A DNA stretch of 64,000 nucleotides. Origin: Octopus sinensis. Lineage: Eukaryota. A program made the translations under genes and the position numbers. The notes below the pieces were generated by a model, which saw nothing but the letters and a program-made list of their open reading frames with translations, searched no databases and was not told where the DNA came from. The DNA is taken from positions 83,514,001 to 83,578,000 of the forward strand of contig NC_043002.1 in assembly GCF_006345805.1 (NCBI RefSeq), read 5' to 3'. Below are positions 61,501-64,000 of this stretch, in pieces (the first letter of the stretch is position 1; every line of letters begins with the position of its first letter).

Positions 61501-63976
61501 AAATAAGAATTTTGAAAGAAGCTTCTATAAAACTAGTTTTTAAACGTCGAATGGCTATGGGGGTCTGCCAGAATAAAATAGTAATCAAAGGGGTCTATAG
61601 ATAAAAAATGGTTGAGAACCCTTGGTTTACATAGTTATTCAACCTATTAGAAATAGCAGCTAAATCTCCCCAATTACATTTATACTATCATAAGTAAGGA
61701 GAAGACATGTTAGACAATGTCATCTTATATATAAAATGGTATAAACAATTCATCATAGGTTTGGTCAAAAACTGGGTATTCTTGATTTACAGATAAGTCA
61801 TGGTTATTAGAAAAGACATTTGGCTGTAAAATATTTTTAAATTGGAAATTTTGTAAAATTGTTTAAAATGAATACTAATTAATTTTTTTTCTTCCTTTCT
61901 TTTTTCTCTCTTTTTTTTTTTTTACCTTTCTTTCCCAGATGGTGAAAATACTGATATTAGTGAATCACGACTTGAAGATGTGAACACACTGACCAGTGTG
62001 TTAAAATTATATTTCCGATTACTGCCCATTCCACTTATTTCTTTCGAATCATATCCAAAGCTACTAGAGGCTGTCCGTATGTATTATTTCATTTACTACT
62101 TTATTATCATTGCCATTTTCTTCAGCATCCATTCTAGTTCCACCTTAGTTTGAATGGCACCATAGCTTTCTCTTCGATTAGTTATGAGCAAATTGCAGCT
62201 TGCCGAACTTTGTGAATGATATGCCAATGAAAAACAACTTTGAATGTTTTTAGTAGTGTTCCTTGTTTGATGATGAGCTAAGTCTTAGGCATTCTGCTTC
62301 TCAAAAAAGATTGCCCATACCTTTCTTAGACTGTCCTTTCAATAACTTAATTAGATCAAATTTGAGGCCAGAAATTAACAGATTCATCAAAGTGTCAGCT
62401 GGGATGCCTTGTAACTATTCTGGCTCTTTGTATTGTGATTTCAAATCTCACCAAGATTGGTTTTGCCTTTTATCCTTCTTGCAAGGTGAGGATCTTTCAA
62501 ATGGGGGGTCTAAGTGCCAGTCTAATGGGGGTGGACTGGTAGAAAGATTTAGGCATTGAATGGTATGCCTTGTGATATTTAGCATAGTAAGACAAGAGGG
62601 TAATGTTAGTAGGAGAGGTTAGGAAGGTAAAGGTGGCAGATGAAATACTGTAACTGAATAAATTAAGAGAAGTTAAATAAAGTTAAAAGAAGTTAAGAAC
62701 ATGACAAGGAAAGGTGAAAAGTGCTTTTTTAAAATATCTCAAAATCCTTTAAAGAAAATTTTTTTAAAAAGCTTAATGAACTTCAAAAAAAAACAAACAG
62801 TGTTGACTATCAGAATGAGCTCAATGTATTAAAATACATCTACTGCTTCAAGAGCCTTTAACTAGCACCAACACCAGCACATTATCCTTGTGGTATTTAT
62901 TCTGGCTTTTTGCATTGTGAATTCAAATTCTACTGTGCCATAAGTCATTGGTTGGTTAATTCTGCTGCCTGGTTTAACACCACCGCATAATGGTTAGGGT
63001 GCCTTTAATAGAAGGATCCACTCTGTTGCAAGTATTTGAGCAGGTCTCAGGTTTAAGAACACCTTTTTTGTCAGTCTTAGAGGTTCTGGAAAGAGTCATG
63101 GGCACTGTTCTTCTACCTAACTAATTGATGAAGGAAATTAATTTTCATTGTTAAAATGTATTTCTTTTGCTCAACCTATCAGAAATAGTAGCCAAATATC
63201 TCTCAAACCATGTGTAATCTTTATAGAAAAGTACATTTATTAATGTTGGTTGTTTAATATCGTTGTTGAAGAAAATACAGTACAGTGTTGGCTGGAATGG
63301 GATTTTATCATGGGTCTGTCTCTTCTGTCAGGGCTGACTCTAAGGTTAAAATAAGAGCTGTCTTACTTCATCACGCGGTCTTCAAAAAATGAAGGACGCT
63401 TTGGTTAATGTGGTCCTAGATTTACAGAAAGTTGGAGTAGTTATGAGCAGGCATGTTTTCAGAGCTGATATAGGGCTAAATAACAGCAACAGCCACTACT
63501 ATTCGGTAAGCTGAATAGTAAGGCCTTTAAGCAGTTCATAGAGTTCTTTGAAATAGCAGCTAAATTTCTATCAAATCACAGCCTACAGTTTTCTGTGAGG
63601 AAGAACATCTTTGAATATTGTAATCCAAGATACACCATGCTAGTAAAAATAATTAAAAAAATTGAAGTTTATAATTATGGTTGGGAAGTCAACCTAGAAC
63701 TAAAAAAACAACAACATTAAACCAGGCTCTACAGCAAGAGCCGGACGAGAAAAAAATGTTGACTTTGCTATCCTGGATAAATTAATAAAAAAAAGAAATA
63801 TATATATATATATATATATATATAGCTTAATGTTTAATCATTCTGCTGTCTGTTTAATTTCTAGAAAAACCTGGGTTGAAAGAAAAAGAAAAACTGCAAA
63901 TGATCAAAGAAGCTTTACATTTGTTACAACCAGCTCATTACCAAACTCTAAAATATTTAATGGCTCATCTAGATCG
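19776..63976 (+). CDS. CHN1: Chimaerin (SH2 + C1 + RhoGAP Rac-GAP), spliced, partial at both ends: join(19776..19831,28853..28884,30354..30467,32525..32828,38308..38370,42585..42669,58249..58422,59957..60034,61939..62076,63865..63976)
   Basis: Manual translation gives an uninterrupted frame across 10 GT-AG exons: [37 protein letters not shown]...SH2...[54 protein letters not shown] (C1)-...GMYRVAG...[13 protein letters not shown]...[10 protein letters not shown] (RhoGAP). Recognised as similar to vertebrate alpha2/beta2-chimaerin; probably the single co-ortholog of CHN1/CHN2. Confidence 0.95.
20936..21272 (-). mobile_element. SINE family A (antisense, internal deletion)
   Basis: Reverse-complement similarity to 32901-33288. 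Confidence 0.8.
24192..24390 (-). mobile_element. Penelope-like element remnant in a (TA)n/(CA)n tract
   Basis: About 200-bp CpG-containing insert between microsatellites, carrying the degenerate hammerhead at 24285-24319. Confidence 0.55.
24285..24319 (-). ncRNA. Degenerate minimal hammerhead ribozyme motif
   Basis: Minus strand: GTTT-CTGACGA-A-GAGC-tcc-GCTT-GAA-GCGT-T^AAAC. Stem I GTTT/AAAC; GAAG replaces GAAA; stem III likely derives from the palindrome ACGT. Confidence 0.65.
25128..25468 (-). mobile_element. (CAT)n-tailed SINE/LINE-tail repeat with internal tandem units; second copy 35517-35783, partial (+) copy about 43650-43776
   Basis: Near-identical blocks CCATGCTAGCATGGGTTGGACGG...GGCTGGATGCCCTTCCTAACGCCAACC and repeated GGTGCTTTTTACGTGCCACCGGCAC. 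Confidence 0.75.
25848..26047. repeat. Perfect 200-bp palindrome with no spacer, centred on (ATGC)n
   Basis: 25848-25947 reads as the exact reverse complement of 25948-26047. Confidence 0.92.
26558..26783. repeat. Inverted repeat with 74-bp arms and a 78-bp spacer, within a (TA)n-flanked insert
   Basis: 26558-26631 versus 26710-26783, 2 mismatches. Confidence 0.9.
28853..28884 (+). CDS. CHN1: Chimaerin coding micro-exon (32 nt): [10 protein letters not shown](E)
   Basis: tttcag acceptor, gtaagt donor; phase 0 to 2 fits both neighbours; similar to chimaerin VENRPKYYGRE. Confidence 0.92.
29281..29689 (+). mobile_element. Merlin-like MITE (copy 1)
   Basis: About 29-bp TIR GGATCTTTTCGGTTTGAACGGCAGTTTTT; 8-bp TSD ttttatga. 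GG...CC ends with an 8-bp TSD are typical of Merlin. Confidence 0.85.
30354..30467 (+). CDS. CHN1: Chimaerin coding exon (114 nt), SH2 N-half: (E)[37 protein letters not shown](R)
   Basis: ttttag acceptor, gtaag donor; SH2 GSYLVRKS (FLVRES-like) motif. Confidence 0.96.
30657..30857. mobile_element. hAT MITE
   Basis: TIRs CAGGGCTTTTCAA / TTGAAAACCACTG; perfect 8-bp TSD ggttagac; interrupts another repeat. Confidence 0.88.
31947..32350 (+). mobile_element. SINE family A
   Basis: High similarity to 32901-33288. Confidence 0.85.
32525..32828 (+). CDS. CHN1: Chimaerin coding exon (304 nt), SH2 C-half + linker: [40 protein letters not shown]...NNSSDEQ
   Basis: ttttgcag acceptor, gtgaga donor; open frame of 101 codons; chimaerin SH2 motif [15 protein letters not shown]. 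Missed by the ORF track. Confidence 0.95.
32901..33288 (+). mobile_element. tRNA-derived SINE, family A (full length)
   Basis: Head GGAGTGGCTGTGTGGTAAG...GGTTCAGTCCC (A/B-box like), internal TA/TG tract, tail GACTGAAACAAGTAAAAGAGTA; many copies in the window. Confidence 0.85.
34849..35268 (+). mobile_element. SINE family A with a short internal fragment of another repeat tail
   Basis: Similarity to 32901-33288; (CAT)n-CGTTTAGCGTCCGTTTTCCAT insert at about 35013-35053. Confidence 0.82.
37085..37318 (+). mobile_element. SINE family B
   Basis: High similarity to 50533-50751. Confidence 0.8.
38308..38370 (+). CDS. CHN1: Chimaerin coding exon (63 nt): [21 protein letters not shown]
   Basis: aaacag acceptor, gtaag donor, phase 0-0; supplies the first Zn-ligand His of the C1 domain (YEKxHxFK). 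Confidence 0.9.
38595..38900. repeat. Degenerate tandem repeat, about 30-bp unit (CAAAGTAATTGTTT...)
   Basis: Recurring AAGTAATTGTT / AAGTAACTGTT / AAGTGATTACT motif about every 30 bp. Confidence 0.65.
39395..39982. repeat. Degenerate minisatellite, 20/22-bp units (AAAGGTATGCTGTAAATGGT)
   Basis: More than 20 recognisable copies; 20- and 22-nt variants alternate. Confidence 0.85.
42011..42215. repeat. Hairpin with about 98-bp arms and an 8-nt loop, within a (TA)n-flanked insert
   Basis: TAGTCATACG...CAAAAATT ttatcccc AATTTTTG...GTATGACTA. Confidence 0.9.
42585..42669 (+). CDS. CHN1: Chimaerin coding exon (85 nt), C1 domain: [28 protein letters not shown](D)
   Basis: tttcag acceptor, gtaaac donor; near-identical to chimaerin [20 protein letters not shown]. 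Confidence 0.97.
42806..43127 (-). mobile_element. SINE with family C head and a different body, inserted in a piggyBac-like MITE end
   Basis: Flanked by direct repeat TTTGTTACCAT (42795-42805 and 43130-43140); related copy at 57071-57371 (+). Confidence 0.78.
44991..45398 (-). mobile_element. Merlin-like MITE (copy 2, inverted relative to copy 1)
   Basis: Same TIR; TSD gcaatttg/ggaatttg; body is the reverse complement of 29281-29689. Confidence 0.85.
45999..46342. repeat. AT-rich inverted repeat (arms over 120 bp) within a (TA)n-flanked insert
   Basis: AAACCACTATTAGGCAACTCAAACAGTGATAGACA versus TGTCTATCACTGTTTGAGTTGCCTAATAGTGGTTT. Confidence 0.9.
50281..50838 (+). mobile_element. piggyBac-like MITE (family 2) interrupted by two SINE insertions
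   Basis: TTAA|CCCTTTAGC...GCTAAAGGG|TCAA; inserts at about 50332-50430 and 50533-50751. Confidence 0.75.
50533..50751 (+). mobile_element. tRNA-derived SINE, family B (CpG-intact copy); others at about 27629, 33405, 34197, 34418, 37085, 53660 (+) and 11450, 58730 (-)
   Basis: GGCGGCGAGCTGGCAGAAACGTTAGC...GAGTTCAAATTCC (B-box)...GACTTTGCCTTTCATCCTTTCGGGG..GATAAATTAAGTACCAG repeated many times. Confidence 0.82.
50938..51213 (+). mobile_element. tRNA-derived SINE, family C
   Basis: Head GGAGGCGCAATGACCCAGTGGTTAGGGCAG...GGTTTTGATTCCC; reverse-complement copy at 12677-12968. Confidence 0.8.
52155..53036. mobile_element. piggyBac-like non-autonomous element with a nested LINE-like fragment (about 52245-52545)
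   Basis: TTAA|CCCTTTGCCTGTCC ... GGGCAGGTAAAGGG|TTAA; GC-richer insert ending in (CTAT)n. Confidence 0.7.
54468..54974. mobile_element. Merlin-like MITE with about 140-bp TIRs
   Basis: GGATCTTTTCC...GGAAAAGATCC; TSD cacgattc/catgattc; shares GTATACTGGTAGAATGTGT with the 409-bp family; CA-rich interior. Confidence 0.85.
55480..55830 (+). mobile_element. SINE family A
   Basis: Similarity to 32901-33288. Confidence 0.83.
56267..56583 (+). mobile_element. LINE 3'-end fragment; inverted copy at 36383-36645 and partial copy at about 53370-53580
   Basis: Three mutually similar copies; residual RT C-terminal-like frame (FxxRVAEAWNxLPASVV) followed by a 3' UTR. Confidence 0.65.
57412..57774 (-). 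mobile_element. Non-autonomous Helitron
   Basis: Minus strand starts A|TCTCTATATATATAAA and ends with a GC-rich hairpin (gaaccggcgttgctgggtc) followed by CTAG|T; no TSD. Confidence 0.82.
58249..58422 (+). CDS. CHN1: Chimaerin coding exon (174 nt), end of C1 / start of RhoGAP: (D)[57 protein letters not shown](G)
   Basis: ttacag acceptor, gtaatt donor, phase 1-1. Confidence 0.97.
59071..59201. repeat. Tandem duplication, 64-bp period
   Basis: GGTTCAATGACTACCTAACAATAGCACTGGCCCTCAGAAATTCTGGGTTGACGTC at 59083 and 59147. Confidence 0.85.
59957..60034 (+). CDS. CHN1: Chimaerin coding exon (78 nt), RhoGAP arginine finger: (G)[25 protein letters not shown](D)
   Basis: ttatag acceptor, gtgagt donor; EGMYRVAG matches the G-L/I-Y/F-R catalytic arginine motif. 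Confidence 0.96.
61275..61624. mobile_element. hAT MITE
   Basis: Ends ccatggttctaaac / gttgagaacccttg; perfect 8-bp TSD gtttacat; related to 89-324. Confidence 0.82.
61939..62076 (+). CDS. CHN1: Chimaerin coding exon (138 nt), RhoGAP: (D)[45 protein letters not shown](Q)
   Basis: Long polypyrimidine tract + cccag acceptor, gtatgt donor; LKLYFRxLPxPL RhoGAP motif. Confidence 0.96.
63865..63976 (+). CDS. CHN1: Chimaerin coding exon (112 nt), RhoGAP: (Q)[36 protein letters not shown](R)
   Basis: ttctag acceptor, gtaagt donor; LxPAHxxTLxYLMAHL motif. The gene continues beyond the window. Confidence 0.95.
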
Positions 63977-64000
63977 GTAAGTTCATTTCTTCTGTTTATT

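Overview
AT-rich, microsatellite- and SINE-dense animal genomic DNA. The tRNA-derived SINE and repeat families resemble those of Octopus (coleoid cephalopod); this assignment is from recall, not a search. The window is mostly intron of one plus-strand gene, a chimaerin (SH2-C1-RhoGAP, co-ortholog of vertebrate CHN1/CHN2). Ten phase-consistent GT-AG coding exons run from 19776 to 63976 (1156 nt). The last exon lies beyond the window and the canonical N-terminal exon was not found. Almost all ORFs in the supplied track are spurious. The introns hold several SINE families, hAT-, Merlin- and piggyBac-type MITEs (some nested), a decayed mariner, a non-autonomous Helitron, LINE fragments and minisatellites. 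The most notable signal is a set of minimal hammerhead-ribozyme motifs of the Penelope-retroelement/retrozyme type, lying in (TA)n-embedded inserts and in a 536-bp fold-back element. The two copies with intact cores are antisense to the host gene, while the sense copies carry core mutations. There are also several (TA)n-flanked hairpin inserts and a perfect 200-bp spacer-less palindrome.
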